In this document: positions 13,570-26,100 of the stretch, one piece after another
Position numbering within the stretch: position 1 is the first letter of the stretch
Layout: every line of letters begins with the position of its first letter
NCBI GenBank assembly: GCA_900617105.1
Contig: UYFQ01000587.1
Coordinates: 1-64,000, forward strand
Reading direction: 5' to 3'
Length of the DNA stretch: 64,000 nt
Source: Hydrurus foetidus
Lineage: Eukaryota
Translations under genes and position numbers: made by a program
Notes under the pieces: generated by a model
Databases searched by the model: none
Told to the model about the DNA's origin: nothing
Seen by the model: the letters and a program-made list of their open reading frames with translations, nothing else

Positions 13570-13774
13570 CTACCCCTTCTTCCCTTTTCTTTTCCAATGA
13601 ACTCTACTAATATTTGTATGAGAGTGGGAAAGAAAGACGAAACAAAACACATTTTGAAAAAATGAGAAACTTCGAAAACGATGATGTCAGACTCTTACTG
13701 ACTAAATTCCTCCAAAAAAAGAATATAAAAAATAGGAGGTAAATTCTTCATGAATAACGTTTCGAGTGAAGAAA

Positions 13775-16700
13775 TCAACGGTGTTGTTTATTGATTAGTT
13801 TTGTCAAATTATTTTGACGCAAGTAATCATGAAGTTTATCAACATCACGAAGATTGGAGTAAGGCTCCCAAGTGTTTTTATCAGAAGGGTAATTTAACCA
13901 TTTGACTAAAAACTCAATCTTGGAGCGTTGATGAGGTCCACGGTGATCAACGATGTCTTCTACGAAGTATTCCATATGGTCACGACGCGCGACATCAACA
14001 GGATTTGTAATCGCTGGATCATACAGAAACGGTTTCATGGCAGATACATGATATACCGCTGTTTTTGTGTGATCAAATCGTATAGAGTGTAACGAGAATT
14101 TTCGCCACTGACGACTTTTAATGGACCTCTCCAATGCGTATGAAGACGTGTTGGAGGTGATCCATCGCGATAATGTACAAGAACATATGAGTCGCGAGGG
14201 TACTCAATATGCTGAGAGATCTGAGATTGGTTTTGATGAAGTAAATCTGTACGAAGAAGTTCTTTGGCCGAAGCTTTGAGAAGACTATCTTGTATTTTTA
14301 ATAGATTGCTCATACGTGCCGACAAAGGTTTGTCATTAATAACAAGTCTCTCAGATGGAGGAAGAAATATTCCTCTGTCTAATTTGAGTATATTGCCGAA
14401 AAGCAATTGAGATGCAGAGATTTTTAAACGATCACTGTGATTAGAATTTAAAATTCGTTGCACAAATGGTAGTGATGTTGAATAATCATCAAGCGTTACG
14501 TTATCGTAAGTTAAAGCACGAAGGTGTCTATTAACTTCTTTATTCATGCGTTCAACAATGGCGTTTTCTTCTTTAGAATAAGCTAACGTTAAACAGTGTT
14601 GAGTGCCAATAAGAGTTAGAAACTCTTTGATAACTTCGGCAATGAAGTGTGGCCCATTATCAGAACGGAGTTGGAGAGGTGCGCCGAAACGACCGAAATG
14701 TTGCAAAAGGCATTGAGCTGTCGAAAGTGCCGAAGCATCTTTAGTATGAAACAGCTCAACCCACCTTGTGAACGTATCGATAATTACGAGTACGTACCCC
14801 CGTCTGGAAACGGTCCTACGAAGTCTATGTTAAGGCATTCCATAGGTGTGTAAGTAGAAGTCGAAAAGCCGTGAGCATGAATTGGGATCTTTAACATGCT
14901 CATCTTTTGACAACACGAACAGTGATCTATGAACCACCTGACATGCTGTCGTTGAAACTGCCACACCTTGTTGTTGTCTTTGAGACGCTTTAAAGTGCGC
15001 TCAAGACCAAAGTGACCAACTTGTGAATTGTGTACATTACTTATAGTATTGTATTGTTCACGAGTCAGTTTGAATTTTTCAATTATATTGGCAGACATGA
15101 TTGTCTCAAGTGAATATTCTTGAGGATGGTCAATCATGTTGTTACGACAGAGTCGAGACATCGAATCAGCTATGTCATTGTTAACACCGGAAATGAATTC
15201 AATTTTAAATGAGAATTCTGATAAAGCCATAAGCCAACGAACAATCATTGGATTTGAATGATTTTTAATGTATAACAAGTTACGATGATCGGTGCGTAAT
15301 GTAAACATCCGATCACGTAATAGCGATTTTAAATACGTGCACGCAAAGAAAATAGCATATGCTTCTTTCTGTATAACTGCCCACCTAAGTTGAGCTTTGT
15401 TAAGCGATTTACTAACAAATGCTACGGGCGTCTCTTTTCCGTCAACTAACTGAAAAGATAAGCACCTACACCGTAATCCGATGCATCAGTGTGCAAGTAA
15501 ATCGGATCGGTGTCACTTAAAAAGTGCATTGTCGTGCATTTTGCAGTTTCAGATTTAATTAACTCAAATGCTGAGTCAGCTTCTGGTGTCCAAACTATTT
15601 TTTTAGATTTATTATAATCAACAAGCAACTGGTGTAACGGATATAGTACAGTTGAAGCATTTTTGATAAAATCGTGAAAATAGTTTACCAAACCTAAAAA
15701 ACTTTTAAGTTGTTTAGATATATCTGGTTTGGGAAAATCTAAAACTTGCCGTATTTTTTCTTGTGACATTTTTAGTCCTTCAGCAGAAAGGACTTTGCCA
15801 ACATAATCAATTTCGGAATAGCCAAGATAACATTTATTTGGTTTAAGAAATATTTTATGTTGTCGAAAGCGTTGAAAAACAAGACGGAGTCTAAAAACTA
15901 ATTCGTCAGTGTCTTTGCCGAAAACATTGCAATCATCAATGTACATTTCGCATATAGTGTAAATCAATCCAGCTAATACAACAGTTGCCATGGTCTGTTG
16001 AAAGTAAGAAGGAGCTCGTTTAGGCCCAAAGGGCAGACGAGTGAATTGATACACGCCACAGAAAAGTATGAATGCAGTGTATGCGCGTGCTGCCAGTGTA
16101 AGCGGTGCTTGATGATATCCTTGAGTGAGATCAAGTGTAGCGAATACTTTTGCTTTATGAGCACCAATTCGACGTAACATTTCATTTATGTTAGGAATGG
16201 GCCATGATGCATCTTCGGTACAATCATTAAGATTTCGATAATCTATACACATGCGTTTGGTTCCGTCAGACTTTGGAACCATAAGCACTTGGCTGTAATA
16301 AGCCGCATTTGATTTCTCGATAATCCCTTGCTCTTCAAGTTTCGCGAGTTGACGTATAATGTCAGCTTGATTTGCAGTGGATTGTGGTCGAGGAGGTGTT
16401 CTATTACGGGAGACTTTCCATTTTACGTCATCCACGTTAAGTTCAAACGGTGGGATATCAGCAGGGCTAGCCGGAAGCTCACTGCTAAATATATCCCTAA
16501 ATTCGTTACATAGTAAACGGAGTTTATTTTTCTGATCTTCATCACCTGCTATGTGTATTAGCGAGAGTGAATCTGTATCAAGAAATTCATTAATCCATGG
16601 TGAAAAGGAGTCATTTAATGAATCATCAATTTCATCTTCATCAGGCGGCACAACTCCAAATAGTTGTTCCGACTCTTGAATTAACGAAGCTAGTATGACA

Positions 16701-18697
16701 TGTGTTTGGGTGACTGCCGGATCTTTCATTTGGGTTAATGAAAGATCTTTTGGGGTTCCTTTAGAGGTTTGCAAAGTCTCTTCGGGCTGACAGCCACATG
16801 TTATGACCACATCTTCAGAAGTCGAGACTCCCTTTATTGGGGTTGGTCGCGATGAAGTGCTTGATTTTATTTGATCTGGGAAAATCGAGAATAGATCTAA
16901 ATCTCGTATAATTTTTCTTCCCACTATTAGATCAATTTGTGTTTGTTCTAAAACATAAGCCGTGATTTGGAAAGAAGAATAATTATTTAAATCAGGGCAA
17001 AAATAAGAAAGTTTTAAGTCGATGGTTTCAGAAATTTCATAGCAATGATTATCTAAACCACTACAAACTTTACACGCTGTCTTAGAAGATTTAGAAACAT
17101 GTTGTGTTAAGTTAAGATTATTTATAACACGCCTAGCTATAAAATTGCTGGCGATCGATCCCGTATCCAATAGAGTGAAGACTCTATTTTTCTCTTCCAG
17201 CGAAGTTTGCTGAGAAATATGAGAAATAAAGAAGGGGATTAGATGTTTATCCGATGAAACGGAAGGGTTGTCAATTGACGACATATTAAGGTTGTAAACG
17301 TAGTCACCTTTTTGTTTCTTCGCGACACGAGTAGTGTCTGCTGACGAGGCAGCGGTCTTAGAAGACGCAGAAGAAGAGGAGGAAGCGGAAGAAGAAGATG
17401 TTCCGTACGCGTTTGGAATGAACGTCGCTTTGGGATCGATCTTCAAAAGATCTTTGCCTCCTTCCGACTGAAGGAAAGGTTTCTCGGTACTGTTAAAGTA
17501 CGGAGAAGAGCCGAATCGACAAGTGGCTACTAAGTGGCCAAGTCTCCCACAGCCGGTACAGTGGGGTTTGTCAGATTGCTCAGGCTTCTCGTCCTCTCGT
17601 TGCCGTTTTTTAATTCGTGGCTCTTGAGGAGGACGGTTAGAGTTTTTGATTTGGCGAGAATGATCGCCATAAGTCGGGTGGACGTCTACAAACCGTAAAG
17701 CATCAATTGCTTCTCGTAGCTTTCTTAGTTGCGCACGCCACACGAATCGAAAATCATCGACCGTGATAAGACGTGGCGTTCTATCGAGAGTGCGGTACAA
17801 AACTGACCTCCAATTAATGGGTTCAGCTGGCAACTTATCAATAAGAATTTTAGTTGCTGTTAACTGCATGGCAGCTGACACCTCAGGGAATGCATCGACA
17901 ATATCAGCTAAAAGCTGGTCTGTCTTTTCTTCCACTGATGGGTTCTTCAGGTCAAATTGAATTTGAATCTGAGTAATGGATTCAATGAATCCTAGTTTAT
18001 CCGTTCTGGACGTCGCAGTTGCAGGAATTGCCAAATTCAATTCTCTACAAAAATTCTGATTAGTCCAGTTTCTCCAGTTGTTACAACTGTCTCGACGATC
18101 AGGGTCGGTTGCAAATCGAAGTTGCAAAAGGGTTTTAAAAGATTGGAAGTTGCTGTGATGAACGACATCAACTGGCCGAAACGGCGTTCCATTCGAGAGG
18201 AGAACCTCTGAAACTCTTTGAACCTCTTGCCAAGACGGCTTGGCGCTCAACTTAGGAGCTTTCTCACCAACTTGCACGTACTGAGTTGGTGGTGCCAAAG
18301 CACGTTGATTAGCAGATCTATCGACCGAAGTCGACGTGATCTCAGCCGAAGCTGGTGTCGCAGCCGAAGCTGGTATCGCAGCCGAAGCTGGTGAAAGAGA
18401 TAAAGCAGACAACGCAGAAATGACAGGCACATCAATAGCAGACACGACCGCAGGCCCCGACGTCGGCTGAGACGCCGGCGCAGACAGGTCTCCGGCGGGG
18501 TCCTGAATCGCAGGTGATCCAGGAGACTCTATGTCTTGGACGTTGCGCTGCGTATGCTTAAGATACGCCTTCCGTGCTGCGACGGCGACAGCGCGCGGCT
18601 GAGCTCGTCTTAAGATGGCGCTGGTGTTGTCGGTGGTGTTGGTGGTGTTGGTGGTGGCCTTAGCCGAGGCTTTGGCACGGATACGGCGAATAGCCAT
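13775..18697 (-). CDS. gag-pol polyprotein of element 2 (single ORF after repairing three 1-nt homopolymer deletions)
   Basis: CTGCGRLGHLVATC knuckle, LLDTGS protease, LDLTQGYHQ/RLPFG/YIDD RT, TDASDYG RNase H, HNSQVGH..CSCC and SDNGPHF integrase, WRGPLKV, chromodomain YFVEDIVDH..FLVKWLNYPSDKNTWEP. Confidence 0.92.
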
Positions 18698-18772
18698 GCT
18701 CTGAAAATTTTCTCGAGAAAAGATGGAGGAATAAAAGGACAAAATTTTGGTCGTAGAACCAAATATCGATAT

Positions 18773-19036
18773 TATGGTCGTTGGTGACCAAAGGACGGTG
18801 GACGAGGACGATGGACGAGGACGGAGGCGAAAAACGAAGATGGGGGAGGTGGAAGAGTATTCTTATAGTTTACAGCGAGAAACAAGCAGTAGTATCTACA
18901 GTGATGTGTACTCGCGTGGAAACGAAAAGAAAAGAAAACTGTACCGGACTTTGGGTCCGTTCTAGAATCTACAGTACAGGTATAGTATACAGTCACAGTG
19001 TATCCGTACATGCAGTACAGATACAGTGAGGCTACA
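18773..19036 (-). repeat. 5' LTR of element 2
   Basis: Direct repeat of 13306-13569. Confidence 0.95.
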
Positions 19037-19061
19037 CCATCATCCAATCCCTGATGTGTCA

Positions 19062-19364
19062 AGTGAAGAGTGAAGAGTGAAGAGTCAAGAGTCAAGAGTC
19101 AAGAGTCAAGAGTCAAGAGTCAAGAGTCAAGAGTCAAGAGTCAAGAGTCAAGAGTCAAGAGTCAAGAGTCAAGAGTCAAGAGTCAAGAGTCAAGGGTCAA
19201 GAGTCAAGAGTCAAGAGTCAAGAGTCAAGAGTGAAGAGTGAAGAGTCAAGAGTCAAGAGTCAAGAGTCAAGAGTCAAGAGTGAAGAGTGAAGAGTCAAGA
19301 GTCAAGAGTCAAGAGTCAAGAGTGAAGAGTGAAGAGTCAAGAGTCAAGAGTGAAGAGTGAAGAG
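19062..19364. repeat. heptamer tandem array (AAGAGTC/AAGAGTG)~43
   Basis: Read directly. Confidence 0.95.
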
Positions 19365-20157
19365 CGTATATATACCGCACCGCACAAAACACGAAGAATC
19401 GCCAAAATACAACAAAAAACAAAAACAAATACCGTCAAGTGCCTCTTTAATTGTATTCCGGTTTTGGCCAAAAACGACCAAATATGCATATTTTAAGGAA
19501 CCTTTTCTGACACACTTAATCTCGTTGAAACGAGTTCAGCAAACCAGACTAATCCGAACATTCTGCGCAAGAAATTATATGACAGCATTCTTGTCCGAGC
19601 GCTACTTAAGCTACAATTTGTCGTCAAAAATGACAATTTCTCATTCTCGACTCGCGGGAACCAAAATATTTCAAACTATGAATATGCCAGAAAATTTTGA
19701 AATCAGCAATCTTACTTAAAAAAGTGCGCTGAATCCGAATCGCAAAAAAGATTTTGATGAAAATCTATATTGGCTGAGATAGATTTTCCGTATTTCGCTT
19801 CTTTTTTTTCCGTGTCCGAATTTCGCTTTTTTTCAGTGTTTCTCAGCGTTAAAAAAAGGGGTTGAAATTCCATTTTTCCCATCTCGATACAATTAAAGAG
19901 GCACTTGACGGTACAGAATCATCGCCAAAATGCGGATAGTTCTACACGGATTCTCGATTATTTGCATGACCCACTGTCGCGTTCGCATTTCCCATTTCCA
20001 TTTCCCTTCCTCCTTCCTCCACGACGTGCGTTGCCTTACGAACGAACTGAACATAAATCGTGCATTATACGTCAACCAACATAGACAATATCTGGAATAT
20101 CTTCGTTCTTCCAATAAAAGAGCTCTTGAAGCTCTCGTAGAAATCCTACAGGCGCCG

Positions 20158-23100
20158 ATGGGGCGCTCCAATTTGGGGTGGCAGGTTGCCCTTCTCCTGT
20201 CAAACTTATCTTACTTTCAGTCATTCATAACACCTCAGCAGAAGCTTCCTCGCAATCTAAACAGAAAGAATGGTGCTCCGGCTTTTCTCAATATGCTGAG
20301 CACTAATGTACTATACGAAAGGGCTGGAGAAATGAGTAACTTGGAGGAAATCGAACTATTTTTATACAACGACGCCATTGACAACAAACTTACTCAAGGC
20401 GAATTTTACCCCTCAAACGATCTAAACAGAGGAATTGCTTCGAGTAGAAACGTCATCACAGACTCCAGTCAATTGGATTACAAAATTCTCCAGATGATGC
20501 TCAGAGTAGAGAATGAAAATGCTGTAAGATCAGTGTCGCTTTTTGGTGGTTTGCTATCTGTCCTAATATCCCGCGACATATGGTATGCAGCGAGCTCATT
20601 CCTTGTAGTGAATACGATAGCGACGCAATCCAATGGTTTTGGTACTGTCGCACGTGTTATCGGAGCTCGCATAGACCTTGTGGTGAGAAAAATACGCAAG
20701 ATCGTAAAACTCTTCACAGAATTTTGTTTCAAGGGTGATATCGATGGGAACGCATTTAAAGATAGGGGCAGTAGGGGCAGCAAAGGCATAAGTTCTGCAG
20801 CTTTTAAAGCTGCCAGTGCTGTCTATGTGCCTAAAAATTCTCCCATCCCACTTAAGAACGATTATCTTTACCGAGCGAAGGATGATGTCGAAGAATCAGC
20901 AGCTGTTTCAACGAAGAAAACAAAAACCATTCCGGAGAAGAGATATTACTATGATTTCTCAATACACGATGCTGCTACACGAAAGCTGCAGGCTTTAGAT
21001 AAGAAGGGAAGTGCTACTCTGACACAATCCAATACTCTACCTGAATCATCTGTTATTCCAGTTATCAAGGAGGTGCTGAATATAGTGGCGCCACCTATCG
21101 CTAGTCAATATTCTTTTTCTGACACAAACCCAAATGAATCGGCCAACAATGGATCTGCTTCGGGCAGAATACCTCTCGGAACTTTAATTTCAAGCGCAGC
21201 TAAATCTGCGGTAAAGATGAAACCTCCTGTTGCTCAGAATATCCTTTCGCCCTCCGCTGTGTACGCTGCCACAGCTTCACTCCCCGGCAAGGATTCTCGA
21301 GTTGCTACTGCTAAAGGGGTGTCACAAGCGGTGAGAAACTGCCGTATTGAACCTGAGACTTGTCACCTCCACATCCCCTCTCATCCATTACACCCTCGTA
21401 CGACATTATGTGATGTGATGCAATGTGATGTGATGCGATGCGATGCAATATGATGCGATGTGACGTGCAATTGGGTTCTGCGGTGTGACACCGTACGGCA
21501 TGACATGATCTGATGTTGTGCAAGTTGAAGTTACTATGTCTGTGCAGGTCCCACCTGAGTGAGTGATTCATGTATTCTATTGTAGCACAACAGATGCACA
21601 TTGTCAGTTTATCAGAAGTTGACATGACCTATATCGTATGGAAATTGATATGGAAACTTCTCTGATGCGCGGTAACATCGATGTTATAGCGACATCGAAT
21701 TACCTCCTTACCCTTAAACTTCAACTGTAACTTCAACCTCAACTTCAACTTTGTATTCATTCACCCAATACCCTTCCAAGTATAATCCTGCGCTTATAAA
21801 TGATTGACTAGTTCTTGGATTACCTGTATTTGTCCAGGTCGTAAATGCCACCTTCGAGGTGCAGCTCGCTGCTGACGCTGCAGCAGAGCGATTGAAGAGC
21901 TGGCTTCTGCAACAGAGAAAAGTGGAAGAGGAGAAAAGGTGAGGTGTCTCTCTGACTGTCTGTATCTGTCAGTCTGTCTGTACCTGTCCGTCAGTCTATC
22001 TGCGTCTCTCTGTCTGTGTCTGTCCGTCAGTCTGTGTCTGTCAGTCTATCTGTCTGCGTCTCTCTGTCTGTTTGTCTGAGAATGAGATAGTGCGATGTGG
22101 TCTGTGAAAAGGTGTATGCATATGCGTATGACGAGGTCGACAAAAAACAGGAAGAGTGAGCTATGACAACAATCCAGACCCATGCGTCACCCACAACTTG
22201 CCCTTATATCACAGACGAGTGCGTATCTTGAGTCAGCTGGATCAGAGCGTGAGTAGCAGTGCAAGCGTGAGCGATGTCAAGGCCTTCAAGCTGAAGAAAG
22301 AGCTGCTAGTAGACCTGTCCATGCTCGTCACCGCCACTGACACAGCAGCAACAACAAGTGCAGGTGCGGGACAGGCTGTGGGAGGGGGAGGGGGAGGAGG
22401 AAAGGTGGATGAGAGGAAGGGACCTGACCTGATGACAGGCAAAAGTAGCTACGATGCGAGGGACTCGTCAAGGGTAGCTGATTCGAGTGCGAGCGCCAAA
22501 TCGTTTTCTATGAGGGCTCTAGAGTGCCGAGTAGGGAGCATCCACGACTTTGTTGCAGTGCTCACATCTCCAGGTAAGAAAAATGCAGAGACGGAATGGG
22601 ATGAGATGGGATTGGGTGGAATGGGATGAGATGGGATTGGGTGGGAAGGTACTGCTCATACATCCATGAAATAAATCGAATAACAGGATGAGGACAGAAT
22701 AGAAAGAAAGAAAGTAAGTAGAAAGAAATGTAGCACTGACTGAAAACGACTCAACTCTTTTACACAGGAAAGAACACGCTCAAGCAGAGGTACCGGACCT
22801 TGACCCTTGAATTCCATCCCGACTGCGTTAGGAACAACGAGTTACCGAAGGTCCCGATTAATTCCCTCATGGCGAATCTGACAGGTAGCCCGCTACTTCG
22901 AACATGACTGAGCAGCACCGTTTATAGAACTGATCAGATAAGATTAGATAAGATCACATAGGGGATACACACACTGTTCATTTTAACGATGACTGTTTGT
23001 CAATATTTCGTTTTGCTGTCTCTTATCAAGCAAATATGAATTCATCTGCCTGTCAATTTTGTCGATAATGTCTCCCATTCACTGCAATCGAGACAACTAG

Positions 23101-26100
23101 CTGAATCACATGTTACTGTAGGCACAGCACCTTCTGTTTCTTCATTCCCCACTCTCCTTCTTCCCATTGCAATCTCCCATCTGTGTACTACAGGTGCTCT
23201 CAATTATTTATCCGGAGTAAACAGTCTCAGCGCTGACGGCACTCTGCTCTCTCTTTCGTCCCCATGGGGGGTCAGATATGCCGGGTTGGAGCGGCCTGAT
23301 AACTCACCAGCAGGTACACTTTTACATATTCTACGATCCTGCGTAACCTTTTCAAATACTGTGTTACAGGCCATACTGTGCTATACTGCGCTATACTAAT
23401 CTATGTAATTCTGTAGCACCATGACTTTATACACTATGTCGTGCTATACTGTTTGTGACGTGAGTATACCAAAATGGCGCACGACATGAAGCAGATTTTG
23501 CCTCAACCCTCATTCTAATTATCACCCCTGTTCGTCACTTGCTGCGAATAATCCCATAGCGACACTAATGGGCGTAACCCGCGTGTAACTTCTTTTGTTC
23601 TCCGACCTGAACTTCCTTTACTGTACTTCACCGCACTGCACCGTACCGTACTGCAGGCCAAGGATCGTCCGTTCCCTCATCTATCCGGTATCCCAAGAAG
23701 GATCCTAGGCCTTCTGTGTCTGCAACTTCGACCCCTATAACTGGGACTGCCCCCCAATCCTTCGACAATTTGAGATCTCCTCTAAAGGGGGATGATCCAG
23801 CAGCTGTGAAGAGGACTGGTTCTGTGACGGCCAAGATACCGCCTAAGTACAGTGGCAAAACCAACACCGCAACATCTACAAGTACTGCTGCAGTCACTAC
23901 ATCCATCAGTGCTGTTCCTGCTGCTAGGAAAGTTGCTAATGTTGAGCCATTTAATGGGAGTGTCGGAGAGTTGAAGAGCGTTTCCACTGACAAGCAGGAA
24001 AAGCAAAAGAGAGTCCAGACAGATGCAACAGATGTAGCAAACACTCAACAAATGAAGAGTGCAAAGGCAGTGCCTGTCAAAGTCACACCGCCCTCAGATT
24101 CAGTAGCACCCAATACTATGACAGAGACTAAGAGAGAGACTAAGAGAAAGACAGAGACAGAGACCTCCCCAGTGGCTTCACGGGTAGGGGTTCCTTTGAG
24201 TAAACCCGCACCAGTCCCCGTAGCAACAGCGTTTCAACAGTTCCCCTCCACCGGCCCTGCTGTGCGGAAACCTAATCCTGCCTCTGCCTCTGCCAGTCAG
24301 TCAACGACACGTGGGAAGGATTCTCTCACAGCTGATGCAAGCAGTGTCTCGGTGGTCCCCTCTACAATGACATCTGATACGGCCACAGCTACGTCGATGA
24401 AAGCTGTTTCTCCTCTTGGTGCTGATGATGACGCTAAAACAGCCGTTACAGATGTTGATGTGATAAGTGCGATAGAAAACTCAGCAACAGAGATTCCTCT
24501 GACCACTCCTACCGTATCAGTGCCAGTGCCTACTGTTACCCTCATTCAGATCCCACCCTCGGAATCGAACTCTGTACCTGTATCTGCTGCTACTGGCAGT
24601 GACGTACCCCTTGAGGCCCTCTCAGGCACAGATGTTCCTGGCAGTGATGTCGACATTCTCTTCAATGTGTTGGCAGTTGATAAGACCGGGAAAAGTATCG
24701 AGGACCTTCTTCAGAAATCTGCTCTCATCGAGAGCATTGAAGTTATTGAGGGTGCTGTGGATGCTGGTGTGCCGTCTCTCCTAGGAGTCACGGATAATGA
24801 CTCGGGGACGACGGAGGGAGAAGTCAGTCAGGAGCAGGACAGTGACCCGAAGGATACTCAAGATGCATCGACAATCTTGATGAATGGATTTGTCGCAGAA
24901 AAAGTTGTAATCGAGGTGAGAGGAGAGGATGGGAAGGAGAACGGAGGATTGGAAAAAGGGTCTAAAGGGGAGCGCGGCATAGACTGGGAGAGCATGAAGT
25001 TTCGTGGCAGTGACATTTACTCTCGGGCACAGGGCGGTGTAGAGGGAGGCAGAGACTATCGCAACGCATACAAAGCTAGTCCAAGTACCACTGCATCTGC
25101 TAGTATTGGCAGGAGCACGATCAGTGGTGATGGGTCGAGTAGAATTAGCGGAGTTGATGAGACATCCTCGACTTCTACACCATCTATGAGGGGAGAAGTC
25201 CTGGATAGAGGCGTGTTGGAATCGTCCGCAGCTAGTGTATCACTACCTCTTCCTCTTTCTTCTGCATACTCTGAGGATGATTCAATCGCAGCAGCCGTAG
25301 TTCCGTTATTACCTCTGCCGGAAACAGATAATATTGTGAAAGAAGCCGTGAGTGCAGTCGATGAGAGAGTAGATACAGAGAGTCGAATGGATAGTACAGA
25401 TGATCTATCAGATTTAATCGTGACACCTGTGGACAGTGGGGACAGTGTCCCAGCCAGCGCTGTTATAACCTCCTCCTCTTCTTCTATCTCCCCTTTTTCC
25501 TCCACCTCTTCTTCTTCTTCCTCTTCTCCTTCTTCTTCTTCTTCTCCCTTTGTCACTGGAGATAAGGACTCTACCGCCACCCAAGCTGTCCCCTCAAATT
25601 CAAGCGGCTCCCATCCTAGTGAATCTAAACGGTCCGTACGGTCTGCGTACGTGATGGCTGCCCCGCAGGTCACCGAGCTGCCGACATGGGTGGCCAAGGG
25701 CGTGAGGCGCCTGGTGTCTTCCTCGCCTAACGCTCTATCAGCATCGGCTGCACTGCTATCCTCCGCCACCAGGACAGTGGAGAAGATACCGGTGCTCCCT
25801 TCCCTGGCAAATCCATACGTCAAGCCGACTCCTCCTACTCCATTCTCTCCTCTACCTGTCGCTCCAACGGCAACTGTTACTTCAACTCCACCTGTCGCTC
25901 CAGCCATCTCTGCTCCTGCTGTCTCTGCACCTACAGCACCCAAGGTCACTGCGACAACACCAATAGTCTCCGCAGACACCGCGTCCGATCCCTCTCAACC
26001 TCTCCCTCTCTCCTCATCAATGCCGCAGCCCAACTCAACCTCCAGCTCTGTACCTGCACCTGCACTGGACGGATGGGACCCTTCTGCCCTACTCTCCGTC

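Larger units (their letters stand above)
13306..19036 (-). mobile_element. complete Ty3/Gypsy chromodomain LTR retrotransposon, element 2
   Basis: Two 264-bp LTRs; TSD CCAT at 13302-13305 and 19037-19040; PPT (minus strand AAAAGAAAAGGGAAGAAGGGG) next to the 3' LTR; gag-PR-RT-RH-IN-chromodomain. Confidence 0.97.

Noticed and set aside
13286..13652. Duplicated short ORFs also found at 18747-19095
   Set aside because: Incidental reading frames within the two LTRs.
15440..15460. Programmed ribosomal frameshift in pol
   Set aside because: It falls inside RNase H, and similar 1-nt losses occur at other homopolymers; sequencing error is more parsimonious.
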